This document shows positions 41,301-55,385 of a stretch of DNA of 64,000 nt, piece after piece; position 1 is the stretch's first letter; every line of letters starts with the position of its first letter. This DNA comes from the human T2T-CHM13v2.0 reference genome, Homo sapiens. Both the position numbers and the translations under genes were made by a program. The stretch is from the NCBI RefSeq assembly GCF_009914755.1, contig NC_060939.1, one strand, 5' to 3'. Under the pieces are notes generated by a model. That model saw only the letters and a list, made by a program, of their open reading frames with translations. It had not been told where the DNA came from and ran no database searches.

Positions 41301-44300
41301 TCTAGGCTCTGCCTAAGGGGGCATTGTGACATATTTCTGCATTGATCACCCAGTTGACGAAGTCTTCTCTCGGATCTGCCTATGGGGGCATTGTGAGAAA
41401 TCTCTGCAGTGATCACCCAGGTGATGTAACTGTTGTGTAACCTCTGCCTACAGGGGAATTGTGAGAGATCTCGTCACTGATTACCCAAGTGATGTAACCA
41501 TTGTCTAGGCTTTGCGTACAGGGGGCTTTGTGACATACCTTTGCACTGATCACCCAGGTGATGTAACACATCTAAGTTCGGCCTAAAGGAGCTTTGTGAC
41601 ATATCTCTGCACTGATCACTTAGGTGATGTAACACTTTTATAATCACTGCCTACAGGGAATTTTGACAAATCTCTGCACTGATCACCTAGGTGATGTAAC
41701 TCTTGTCTACCCTCTGTCCAACGGGGCACTGTGAAATATCTCTGCACTGATCACCCAGGTGATTCAACTCTTGACTAGGAACTGCCTACAGAGGTTATTG
41801 TGAAATATCTCTGCACTGATAAACTAGGTGGTGTAACCCTTGTCCAAGCTCTGCCTACAGGGGCGTTTCCACATATCCCTGAACTGATGACAAAGGTGAT
41901 GTAACACTTGCCTAGGCTTCGCCTACAGGGAACATTGGACATATATCTGCACTGATCACCCAAGTGATGCAACTCTTGCCTAGGCTTTGCCTACAGGGGA
42001 CATTTTGACATATCTCTTCAATGATCACTCATGTGATGCATCTCTTGCCTAGGCTTTGCCTACAGGGGACATTGTGACATATCTCTGCACTGATCTCCTA
42101 GGTGCTGTAACTTTAGTCTAGGCTCTGGCTACACGGCATTGTGACCTACCTCTGCAATGATCACCAAGGTGATATAACTCTTCTCTAGGATCTGCCTACA
42201 GGGTACTTTGTGACATATCCCTGCACTGATCACCCAGGTGATCTAACTCTGGTCTAAGCTCTGCCTAAAGGGGCATTGTGACAGATCTCTGCACTGATCA
42301 CTCTGGTGATGTAAGTATTGTCTAGGCTCTGCTTCAAGGGGCCTTGTCACATATCTCTGCACTGATCACCCAGGTGATGTAACTCTTGTCTAGGCTCTGC
42401 TTCCAGGACATATTGTGACATATCTATGCACTGATCACCTTAGTGAAGTAACACTTTGGTAGGCTCGGCCTACAGGGGAATCTTGACATATCTCTGCACT
42501 GTTAACCGAGATGATTTAACTCTTGTCTAGGCTGTGCCCACAGGGGTGTTGAGACATATCTCTGCACTGATCCCGAGGTGATACAACTCTTGCCTGGTCT
42601 CTGCCTACTGTGGACATTGGGACATATGTCTGCACTGATCTCCCAGGTGCTGTAACTTTAGTCTAGGCTCTGGCTACACGGCATTGTGACATATCACTGC
42701 ACTGATCACCCAGGCGATATAACTCTTCTGTAGGATCTGACCACAGGGTGCTTTGTGACATATGCCTGCAATGATCACCCAGGTGATATACCACTTGCCA
42801 AGGCTCTGCCTACAGGGGCATTGCAATGTATCTCTGCACTGATCACCTAGGTCTTGTAGCTATTTTCTAGGATCTGCCTACAGGGTGCTTTGTGACGTGT
42901 CCCAGCAAGGATTACCCAGGTGATGTAACTCTCATCAAGGCTCTGCCTACAGGCACATTGTGATGTATCTCTGCACTGATCACCTCGGTCATGTAACTCT
43001 TTTCTAGGCTCTACCTACGATGGCATTGTGACATATCTCGGCACTAATCATCCAAGTGATGTAAATCTTGTCTAGGATGTGCCTAAATTAACTTTTTGAC
43101 ATAACCCTGTACTGATGATCCAAGTGATGGAGCTTTTGTCTAGGCTCTGCCTAAGGGGGCATTGTGACATATTTCTGCATTGATCACCCAGGTGGCGAAC
43201 TCTTCTCTCGATTCTGCCTATGGGGGCATTGTGAGAAATCTCTGCACTGATCACCCAGGTGATGTAACTGTTGTGTAACCTCTGCCTACAGGGGAATTGT
43301 GAGAGATCTCGTCACTGATTACCCAAGTGATGTAACCATTGTCTAGGCTTTGCGTACAGGGGGCTTTGTGACATACCTTTGCACTGATCACCCAGGTGAT
43401 GTAACACATCTAAGTTCGGCCTAAAGGAGCTTTGTGACATATCTCTGCACTGATCACTTAGGTGATGTAACACTTTTATAATCACTGCCTACAGGGAATT
43501 TTGACAAATCTCTGCACTGATCACCTAGGTGATGTAACTCTTGTCTACCCTCTGTCCAACGGGGCATTGTGAAATGTCTCTGCACTGATCACCCAGGTGA
43601 TTCAACTCTTGACTAGGAACTGCCTATAGAGGTTATTGTGAAATATCTCTGCACTGATAAACTAGGTGGTGTAACCCTTGTCCAAGCTCTGCCTACAGGG
43701 TCGTTTCCACATATCCCTCAACTGATGACAAAGGTGATGTAACTCTTGCCTAGGCTTTGCCTACAGGGAACATTGGACATATATCTGCACTGATCACCCA
43801 TTTGATGCAACTCTTTCCTAGGCTTTGCCTACAGGGGACATTGTGACATATCTCTTCAATGATCACTCATGTGATGCATCTCTTACCTAGGCTTTGCCTA
43901 CAGGGGACATTGTGACATATCTCTGCACTGATCTCCCAGGTGCTGTAACTTTAGTCTAGGCTCTGGCTACACGGCATTGTGACCTACCTCTGCACTGGTC
44001 ACCCAGGTGATATAACTCTTCTCTAGGATCTGCCTACAGGGTACATTGTGACATATCCCTGCACTGATCACCCAGGTGATCTAAATCTGGTCTAAGCTCT
44101 GCCTAAAGGGGCATTGTGACAGATCTCTACACTGATCACTCTGGTGATGTAAGTATTGTCTAGGCTCTGCTTCAAGGGGCCTTATCACATATCTCTGCAC
44201 TGATCACCCAGGTGATGTAACTCTTGTCTAGGCTCTGCTTCCAGGACATATTGTGACATATCTATGCACTGATCACCTTAGTGATGTAACACTTTGGTAG

Positions 44301-46815
44301 GCTCGGCCTACAGGGGAATCTTGACATATCTCTGCACTGTTAACCGAGGTGATTTAACTCTTGTCTAGGCTGTGCCCACAGGGGTATTGAGACATATCTC
44401 TGCACTGATCCCGAGGTGATACAACTCTTGCCTGGTCTCTGCCTACTGTGGACATTGGGACATATCTCTGCACTGATCTCCCAGGTGCTGTAACTTTAGT
44501 CTAGGCTCTGGCTACACGGCATTGTGACATATCACTGCACTGATCACCCAGGCGATATAACTCTTCTCTAGGATCTGACCACAGGGTGCTTTGTGACATA
44601 TGCCTGCAATGATCACCCAGGTGATATACCACTTGCCAAGGCTCTGCCTACAGGGGCATTGCAATGTATCTCTGCACTGATCACCTAGGTCTTGTAGCTA
44701 TTTTCTAGGATCTGCCTACAGGGTGCTTTGTGACGTGTCCCAGCAAGGATTACCCAGGTGATGTAACTCTCATCAAGGCTCTGCCTACAGGCACATTGTG
44801 ATGTATCTCTGCACTGATCACCTCGGTCATGTAACTTTTTTCTAGGCTCTACCTACGATGGCATTGTGACATATCTCTGCACTAATCATCCAAGTGATGT
44901 AAATCTTGTCTAGGATGTGCCTAAATTAACTTTTTGACATAACCCTGTACTGATCATCCAGGTGATGGAGCTTTTGTCTAGGCTCTGCCTAAGGGGGCAT
45001 TGTGACATATTTCTGCATTGATCACCCAGGTGGCGAACTCTTCTCTCGGATCTGCCTATGGGGGCATTGTGAGAAATCTCTGCACTGATCACCCAGGTGA
45101 TGTAACTGTTGTGTAACCTCTGCCTACAGGGGAATTGTGAGAGATCTCGTCACTGATTACCCAAGTGATGTAACCATGGTCTAGGCTTTGCGTACAGGGG
45201 GCTTTGTGACATACCTTTGCACTGATCACCCGGGTGATGTAACACATCTAACTTCGGCCTAAAGGAGCCTTGTGACATATCTCCGCACTGATCACTTATG
45301 TGATTTAACACTTTTATAATCACTGCCTACAGGGAAATTTGACAAATCTCTGCACTGATCACCTAGGTTATGTAACTCTTGTCTACCCTCTGTCCAACGG
45401 GGCATTGTGAAATGTCTCTGCACTGATCACCCAGGTGATTCAACCCTTGACTAGGAACTGCCTACAGAGGTTATTGTGAAATATCTCTGCACTGATAAAC
45501 TAGGTGGTGTAACCCTTGTCCAAGCTCTGCCTACAGGGGCGTTTCCACATATCCCTGAACTGATGACAAAGGTGATGTAACTCTTGCCTAGGCTTTGCCT
45601 ACAGGGAACATTGGACATATATCTGCACTGATCACCCAGGTGATGCAACTCTTGCCTAGGCTTTCCCTACAGGGGACATTGTGACATATCTTTTCAATGA
45701 TCACTCATGTGATGCATCTCTTGCCTAGGCTTTGCCAACAGGGGACATTGTGACATATCTCTGAACTGATCTCCCAGGTGCTGTAACTTTAGTCTAGGCT
45801 CTGGCTACACGGCATTGTGACATATCACTGCACTGATCAACCAGGTGATATAACACTTGTATAGGCTCTGCCTACAGGGAGATTGTGACCTACCTCTGCA
45901 CTGATCACCCAGGTGATATAACTCTTCTCTAGGATCTGCCTACAGGGTACTTTGTGACATATCCCTGCACTGATCACCCAGGTGATCTAACTCTGGTCTA
46001 AGCTCTGCCTAAAGGGGCATTGTGACAGATCTCTGCACTGATGACTCTGGTGATGTAAGTATTGTCTAGGCTCTGCTTCAAGGGGCCTTGTCACATATCT
46101 CTGCACTGATCACCCAGGTGATGTAACTCTTGTCTAGGCTCTGCTTCCAGGGCATATTGTGACATATCTATGCACTGATCACCTTAGTGATGTAACACTT
46201 TGGTAGGCTCGGCCTACAGGGGAATCTTGACATATCTCTGCACTGTTAACCGAGGTGATTTAACTCTTGTCTAGGCTGTGCCCACAGGGGTATTGAGACA
46301 TATCTCTGCACTGATCCCGAGGAGATACAACTCTTGCCTGGTCTCTGCCTACTGTGGACATTGTGACATATCTCTGCACTGATCTCCCAGGTGCTGTAAC
46401 TTTAGTCTAGGCTCTGGCTACACGGCATTGTGACATATCACTGCACTGATCACCCAGGCGATATATCTCTTCTCTAGGATCTGACAACAGGGTGCTTTTT
46501 GACATATCCCTGCAATGATCACCCAGGTGATATACCACTTGCCAAGGCTCTGCCTACAGGGGCATTGCAATGTATCTCTGCACTGATCACCTAGGTCTTG
46601 TAGCTATTTTCTAGGATCTGCCTACAGGGTGCTTTGTGACGTGTCCCAGCAAGGATTACCCAGGTGATGTACCTCTCATCAAGGCTCTGCCTACAGGCAC
46701 ATTGTGATGTATCTCTGCACTGATCACCTCTGTCATGTAACTTTTTTCTAGGCTCTACCTACGATGGCATTGTGACATATCTCTGCACTAATCATCCAAG
46801 TGATGTAACTCTTGT
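26394..46815. repeat. Domain dominated by the 27-mer HOR (1838 bp) with interspersed 28-mers
   Basis: Marker spacings are 1838,1906,1838,1838,1906,1838,1838,1838,1838,1838,1906. Each 1838-bp unit carries the fused m14/m15 monomer (GGCTACACGGCATTGTGACCTACCTCTGCA or a close variant). Confidence 0.9.
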
Positions 46816-49800
46816 CTAGGATGTGCCTAAATTAACTTTTTGACATAACCCTGTACTGATCATCCAGGTGATGGAGCTTTTGTCTAGGCTCTGCCTAAGG
46901 GGGCATTGTGACATATTTCTGCATTGATCACCCAGGTGGCGAACTCTTCTCTCGGATCTGCCTATGGGGGCATTATGAGAAATCTCTGCACTGATCACCC
47001 AGGTGATGTAACTGTTGTGTAACCTCTGCCTACAGGGGAATTGTGAGAGATCTCGTCACTGATTAACCAAGTGATGTAACCATTGTCTAGGCTTTGCGTA
47101 CAGGGGGCTTTGTGACATACCTTTGCACTGATCACCCAGATGATGTAACACATCTAAGTTCGGCCTAAAGGAGCTTTGTGACATATCTCTGCACTGATCA
47201 CTTAGGTGATGTAACACTTTTATAATCACTGCCTACAGGGAATTTTGACAAATCTCTGCACTGATCACCTAGGTGTTGTAACTCTTGTCTACCCTCTGTC
47301 CAACGGGGCATTGTGAAATATCTCTGCACTGATCACCCAGGTGATTCACCTCTTGACTAGGAACTGCCTAGAGAGGTTATTTTGAAATATCTCTGCACTG
47401 ATAAACTAGGGGGTGTAACACTTGTCCAAGCTCTGCCTACAGGGGCGTTTCCACATATCCCTGAACTGATGACAAAGGTGATGTAACTCTTGCCTAGGCT
47501 TTGCCTACAGGGAACATTGGACATATATCTGCACTGATCACCCAGGTGATCTTACTCTGGTCTAAGCTCTGCCTAAAGGGGCATTGTGACAGATCTCTGC
47601 ACTGATCACTCTGGTGATGTAAGTATTGTCTAGGCTCTGCTTCAAGGGGCCTTGTCACCTATCTCTGCACTGATCACCCAGGTGATGTAACTCTTGTCTA
47701 GGCTCTGCTTCCAGGGCATATTGTGACATATCTATGCACTGATCACATTAGTGATGTAACACTTTGGTAGGCTCGGCCTACAGGGGAATCTTGACATATC
47801 TCTGCACTGTTAACCGAGGTGATTTAACTCTTGTCTAGGCTGTGCCCACAGTGGGATTGAGACATATCTCTGCACTGATCCCGAGGTGATACAACTCTTG
47901 CCTGGTCTCTGCCTACTGTGGACATTGTGACATATCTCTGCACTGATCTCCCAGGTGCTGAAACTTTAGTCTAGGCTCTGGCCACACGGCATTGTGACAT
48001 ATCACTGCACTGATCACCCAGGCGATATAACTCTTCTCTAGGATCTGACCACAGGGTGCTTTGTGACATATCCCTGCAATGATCACCCACGTGATATACC
48101 ACTTGCCAAGGCTCTGCCTACAGGGGCATTGCAATGTATCTCTGCACTGATCACCTAGGTCTTGTAGCTATTTTCTAGGATCTGCCTACAGGGTTCTTTG
48201 TGACGTGTCCCAGCAAGGATTACCCAGGTGATGTACCTCTCATCAAGGCTCTGCCTACAGGCACATTGTGATGTATCTCTGCACTGATCACCTCGGTCAT
48301 GTAACTTTTTTCTAGGCTCTACCTACGATGGCATTGTGACATATCTCTGCACTAATCATCCAAGTGATGTAACTCTTGTCTAGGATGTGCCTAAATTAAC
48401 TTTTTGACATAACCCTGTACTGATCATCCAGGTGATGGAGCTTTTGTCTAGGCTCTGCCTAAGGGGGCATTGTGACATATTTCTGCATTGATCACCCAGG
48501 TGGCGAACTCTTCTCTCGGATCTGCCTATGGGGGCATTGTGAGAAATCTCTGTACTGATCACCCAGGTGATGTAACTGTTGTGTAACCTCTGCCTACAGG
48601 GGAATTGTGAGAGATCTCGTCACTCATTACCCAAGTGATGTAACCATTGTCTAGGCTTTGCATACAGGGGGCTTTGTGACATACCTTTGCACTGATCACC
48701 CAGGTGATGTAACACATCTAAGTTCGGCCTAAAGGAGCTTTGTGACATATCTCTGCACTGATCACTTAGGTGATGTAACACTTTTATAATCACTGCCTAC
48801 AGGGAATTTTGACAAATCTCTGCACTGATCACCTAGGTGATGTAACTCTTGTCTACCCTCTGTCCAACGGGGCACTGTGAAATATCTCTGCACTGATCAC
48901 CCAGGTGATTCAACTCTTGACTAGGAACTGCCTACAGAGGTTATTGTGAAATATCTCTGCACTGATAAACTAGGTGGTGTAACCCTTGTCCAAGCTCTGC
49001 CTACAGGGGCGTTTCCACATATCCCTGAACTGATGACAAAGGTGATGTAACTCTTGCCTAGGCTTTGCCTACAGGGAACATTGGACATATATCTGCACTG
49101 ATCACCCAGGTGATGCAACTCTTGCCTAGGCTTTGCCTACAGGGGACATTGTGACATATCTCTTCAATGATCACTCATGTGATGTATCTCTTGCCTAGGC
49201 TTTGCCTACAGGGGACATTGTGACATATCTCTGCACTGATCTCCCAGGTGCTGTAACTTTAGTCTAGGCTCTGGCTACACGGCATTGTGACCTACCTCTG
49301 CACTGATCACCCAGGTGATATAACTCTTCTCTAGGATCTGCCTACAGGGTACTTTGTGACATATCCCTGCACTGATCACCCAGGTGATTTAACTCTGGTC
49401 TAAGCTCTCCCTAAGGGGCATTGTGACAGATCTCTGCACTGATCACTCTGGTGATGTAAGTATTGTCTAGGCTCTGCTTCAAGGGGCCTTGTCACATATC
49501 TCTGCACTGATCACCCAGGTGATGTAACTCTTGTCTAGGCTCTGCTTCCAGGGCATATTGTGACATATCTATGCACTGATCACCTTAGTGATGTAACACT
49601 TTGGTAGGCTCGGCCTACAGGGGAATCTTGACATATCTCTGCACTGTTAACCGAGGTGATTTAACTCTTGTCTAGGCTGTGCCCACAGGGGGATTGAGAC
49701 ATATCTCTGCACTGATCCCGAGGTGATACAACTCTTGCCTGGTCTCTGCCTACTGTGGACATTGGGACATATCTCTGCACTGATCTCCCAGGTGCTGTAA

Positions 49801-52800
49801 CTTTAGTCTATTCTCTGGCTACACGGCATTGTGACATATCACTGCACTGATCACCCAGGCGATATAACTTTTCTCTAGGATCTGACCACAGGGTGTTTTG
49901 TGACATATCCCTGCAATGATCACCCAGGTGATATACCACTTGCCGAGGCTCTGCCTACAGGGGCATTGCAATGTATCTCTGCACTGATCACCTAGGTCTT
50001 GTAGCTATTTTCTAGGATCTGCCTACAGGGTGCTTTGTGACGTGTCCCAGCAAGGATTACCCAGGTGATGTACCTCTCATCAAGGCTCTGCCTACAGGCA
50101 CATTGTGATGTATCTCTGCACTGATCACCTAGGTCATGTAACTTTTTTCTAGGCTCTACCTACAATGGCATTGTGACATATCTCTGCACTAATCATCCAA
50201 GTGATGTAACTCTTGTCTAGGATGTGCCTAAATTAACTTTTTGACATAACCCTGTACTGATCATCCAGGTGATGGAGTTTTGTCTAGGCTCTGCCTAAGG
50301 GGGCATTGTGACATATTTCTGCATTGATCACCCAGGTGACGAACACTTCTCTCGGATCTGCCTATGGGGGCATTGTGAGAAATCTCTGCACTGATCACCC
50401 AGGTGATGTAACTGTTGTGTAACCTCTGCCTACAGGGGAATTGTGAGAGATCTCGTCACTGATTACCCAAGTGATGTAACCATTGTCTAGGCTTTGCGTA
50501 CAGGGGGCTTTGTGACATACCTTTGCACTGATCACCCAGGTGATGTAACACATCTAAGTTCGGCCTAAAGGAGCTTTGTGACATATCTCTGCACTGATCA
50601 CTTAGGTGATGTAACACTTTTATAATCACTACCTACAGGGAATGTTGACAAATCTCTGCACTGATCACCTAGGTGTTGTAACTCTTGTCTACCCTCTGTC
50701 CAACGGGGCATTGTGAAATATCTCTGCACTGATCACCCAGGTGATTCAACTCTTGACTAGGATCTGCCTACAGAGGTTATTGTGAAATATCTCTGCACTG
50801 ATAAACTAGGGGGTGTAACCCTTGTCCAAGCTCTGCCTACAGGGTCGTTTCCACATATCCCTGAACTGATGACAAAGGTGATGTAACTCTTGCCTAGGCT
50901 TTGCCTACTGTGAATATTGGACATATATCTGCACTGATCACCCAGGTGATCTTACTCTGGTCTAAGCTCTGCCTAAAGGGGCATTGTGACAGATCTCTGC
51001 ACTGATCTCTCTGGTGATGTAAGTATTGTCTAGGCTCTGCTTCAAGGGGCCTTGTCACATATCTCTGCACTGATCACCCAGGTGATGTAACTCTTGTCTA
51101 GGCTCTGCTTCCAGGGCATATTGTGACATATCTATGCACTGATCACCTTAGTGATGTAACACTTTGGTAGGCTCGGCCTACAGGGGAATCTTGACATATC
51201 TCTGCACTGTTAACCGACGTGATTTAACTCTTGTCTAGGCTGTGCCCACAGGGGGATTGAGACATATCTCTGCACTGATCCCGAGGTGATACAACTCTTG
51301 CCTGGTCTCTGCCTACTATGGACATTGTGACATATCTCTGCACTGATCTCCCAGGTGCTGAAACTTTAGTCTAGGCTCTGACTACACGGCATTGTGACAT
51401 ATCACTGCACTGAACACCCAGGCGATATAACTCTTCTCTAGGATCTGACCACAGGGTGCTTTGTGACATATCCCTGCAATGATCACCCAGGTGATATACC
51501 ACTTGCCAAGGCTCTGCCTACAGGGGCATTGCAATGTATCTCTGCACTGATCACCTAGGTCTTGTAGCTATTTTCTAGGATCTGCCTACAGGGTGCTTTG
51601 TGACGTGTCCCAGCAAGGATTACCCAGGTGATGTACCTCTCATCAAGGCTCTGCCTACAGGCACATTGTGATGTATCTCTGCACTGATCACCTCGGTCAT
51701 GTAACTTTTTTCTAGGCTCTACCTACGATGGCATTGTGACATATCTCTGCACTAATCATCCAAGTGATGTAACTCTTGTCTAGGATGTGCCTAAATTAAC
51801 TTTTTGACATAACCCTGTACTGATCATCCAGGTGATGGAGCTTTTGTCTAGGCTCTGCCTAAGGGGGCATTGTGACATATTTCTGCATTGATCCCCCAGG
51901 TGGCGAACTCTTCTCTCGGATCTGCCTATGGGGGCATTGTGAGAAATCTCTGCACTGATCACCCAGGTGATGTAACTGTTGTGTAACCTCTGCCTACAGG
52001 GGAATTGTGAGAGATCTCGTCACTCATTACCCAAGTGATGTAACCATTGCCTAGGCTTTGCGTACAGGGGGCTTTGTGACATACCTTTGCACTGATCACC
52101 CAGGTGATGTAACACATCTAAGTTCGGCCTAAAGGAGCTTTGTGACATATCTCTGCACTGATCACTTAGGTGATGTAACACTTTTATAATCACTGCCTAC
52201 AGGGAATTTTGACAAATCTCTGCACTGATCACCTAGGTGATGTAACTCTTGTCTCCCCTCTGTCCAACGGGGCATTGTGAAATATCTCTGCACTGATCAC
52301 CCAGGTGATTCAACTCTTGACTAGGAACTGCCTACAGAGGTTATTGTGAATTATCTCTGCACTGATAAACTAGGTGGTGTAACCCTTGTCCAAGCTCTGC
52401 CTACAGGGGCGTTTCCACATATCCCTGAACTGATGACAAAGGTGATGTAACTCTTGCCTAGGCTTTGCCTACAGGGAACATTGGACATATATCTGCACTG
52501 ATCACCCGGGTGATGCAACTCTTGTCTAGGCTTTGCCTACAGGGGACATTGTGACATATCTCTTCAATGATCACTCATGTGATGCATCTCTTGCATAGGC
52601 TTTGCCTACAGGGGACATTGTGACATATCTCTGCACTGATCTCCCAGGTGCTGTAACTTTAGTCTAGGCTCTGGCTACACGGCATTGTGACCTACCTCTG
52701 CACTGATCACCCAGGTGATATAACTCTTCTCTAGGATCTGCCTACAGGGTACTTTGTGACATATCCCTGCACTGTTCACCCAGGTGATCTAACCCTGGTC

Positions 52801-53617
52801 TAAGCTCTGCCTAAAGGGGCATTGTGACAGATCTCTGCACTGATCACTCTGGTGATGTAAGTATTGTCTAGGCTCTGCTTCAAGGGGCCTTGTCACATAT
52901 CTCTGCACTGATCACCCAGGTGATGTAACTCTTGTCTAGGCTCTGCTTCCAGGGCATATTGTGACATATCTATGCACTGATCACCTTAGTGATGTAACAC
53001 TTTGGTAGGCTCGGCCTACAGGGGAATCTTGACATATCTCTGCACTGTTAACCTAGGTGATTTAACTCTTGTCTAGGCTGTGCCCACAGGGGGATTGAGA
53101 CATATCTCTGCACTGATCCCGAGGTGATACAACTCTTGCCTGGTCTCTGCCTACTGTGGACATTGTGACATATCTCTGCACTGATCTCCCAGGTGCTGTA
53201 ACTTTACTCTAGGCTCTGGCTACACGGCATTGTGACATATCACTGCACTGATCACCCAGGCGATATAACTCTTCTCTAGGATCTGACCACAGGGTGCTTT
53301 GTGACATATCCCTGCAATGATCACCCAGGTGATATACCACTTGCCAAGGCTCTGCCTAGAGGGGCATTTGAATGTATCTCTGCAGTGATCACCTAGGTCT
53401 TGTAGCTAATTTCTAGGATCTGCCTACAGGGTGCTTTGTGACGTGTCCCTGCAAGGATTACCCAGGTGATGTACCTCTCATCAAGGCTCTGCCTACAGGC
53501 ACATTGTGATGTATCTCTGCACTGATCACCTAGGTCATGTAACTTTTTTCTAGGCTCTACCTACGATGGCATTGTGACATATCTCTGCACTAATCATCCA
53601 AGTGATGTAACTCTTGT
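46816..53617. repeat. Two copies of a 3401-bp composite unit (23-mer + 27-mer)
   Basis: Markers at 46816, 48380, 50217, 51780 and 53618 (1564+1837 and 1563+1838). The same m11-to-m17 junction GATCACCCAGGTGATCTTACTCTGG occurs at 47536 and 50936. Confidence 0.9.
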
Positions 53618-55385
53618 CTAGGATGTGCCTAAATTAACTTTTTGACATAACCCTGTACTGATCATCCAGGTGATGGAGCTTTTGTCTAGGCTCTGCCTAA
53701 GGGGGCATTGTGACATATTTCTGCATTGATCACCCAGGTGGCGAACTCTTCTCTCGGATCTGCCTATGGGGGCATTGTGAGAAATCTCTCCACTGATCAC
53801 CCAGGTGATGTAACTGTTGTGTAACCTCTGCCTACAGCGGAATTGTGAGAGATCTCGTCACTGATTACCCAAGTGATGTAACCATTGTCTAAGCTTTGCG
53901 TATAGGGGGCTTTGTGACATACCTTTGCACTGATCACCCAGGTGATGTAACACATCTAAGTTCGGCCTAAAGGAGCTTTGTGACATATCTCTGCACTGAT
54001 CACTTAGGTGATGTAACACTTTTATAATCACTGCCTACAGGGAATTTTGACAAATCTCTGCACTGCTCACCTAGGTGATGTAACTCTTGTCTACCCTCTG
54101 TCCAACGGGGCATTGTGAAATATCTCTGCACTGATCACCCAGGTGATTCAACTCTTGACTAGGAACTGCCTACAGAGGTTATTGTGAAATATCTCTGTAC
54201 TGATAAACTAGGTGGTGTAACCCTTGTCCAAGCTCTGCCTACAGGGTCGTTTCCACATATCCCTGAACTGATGACAAAGGTGATGTAACACTTGCCTAGG
54301 CTTTGCCTACAGGGAACATTGGACATATCTCTTCAATGATCACTCATGTGATGCATCTCTTGCCTAGGCTTTGCCTACAAGGGACATTGTGACATATCTC
54401 TGCACTGATCTCCCAGGTGCTGTAACTTTAGTCTAGGCTCTGGCTACACGGCATTGTGACCTACCTCTGCACTGATCACCCAGGTGATATAACTCTTCTC
54501 TAGGATCTGCCTACAGGGTACTTTGTGACATATCCCTGCACTGATCACCCAGGTGATCTAACTCTGGTCTAAGCTCTGCCTAAAGGGGCATTGTGACAGA
54601 TCTCTGCACTGATCACTCTGGTGATGTAAGTATTGTCTAGGCTCTGCTTCAAGGGGCCTTGTCACATATCTCTGCACTGATCACCCAGGTGATGTAACTC
54701 TTGTCTAGGCTCTGCTTCCAGGGCATATTGTGACATATCTATGCACTGATCACCTTAGTGATGTAACACTTTGGTAGGCTCGGCCTACAGGGGAATCTTG
54801 ACATATCTCTGCACTGTTAACCGAGGTGATTTAACTCTTGTCTAGGCTGTGCCCACAGGGGGATTGAGACATTCTCTGCACTGATCCCGAGGTGATACAA
54901 CTCTTGCGTTGTCTCTGCCTACTGTGGACATTGTGACATATCTCTGCACTGATCTCCCAGGTGCTGTAACTTTACTCTAGGCTCTGGCTACACGGCATTG
55001 TGACACATCACTGCACTGATCACCCAGGCGATATAACTCTTCTCTAGGATCTGAACACAGGGTGCTTTGTGACATATCCCTGCAATGATCACCCAGGTGA
55101 TATACCAATTGCCAAGGCTCTGCCTACAGGGGCATTGCAATGTATGTCTGCACTGATCACCTAGGTCTTGTAGCTATTTTCTAGGATCTGCCTACAGGGT
55201 TCTTTGTGACGTGTCCCAGCAAGGATTACCCAGGTGATGTACCTCTCATCAAGGCTCTGCCTACAGGCACATTGTGATGTATCTCTGCACTGATCACCTC
55301 GGTCATGTAACTTTTTTCTAGGCTCTACCTAGGATGGCATTGTGACATATCTCTGCACTAATCATCCAAGTGATGTAACTCTTGT
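53618..55385. repeat. 26-mer HOR variant (1768 bp)
   Basis: An m11/m12 fusion (GGGAACATTGGACATATCTCTTCAAT, ~54312-54337), the m14/m15 fusion (~54455) and a 1-bp deletion (~54871) together give 1906-69-68-1=1768. Confidence 0.87.
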
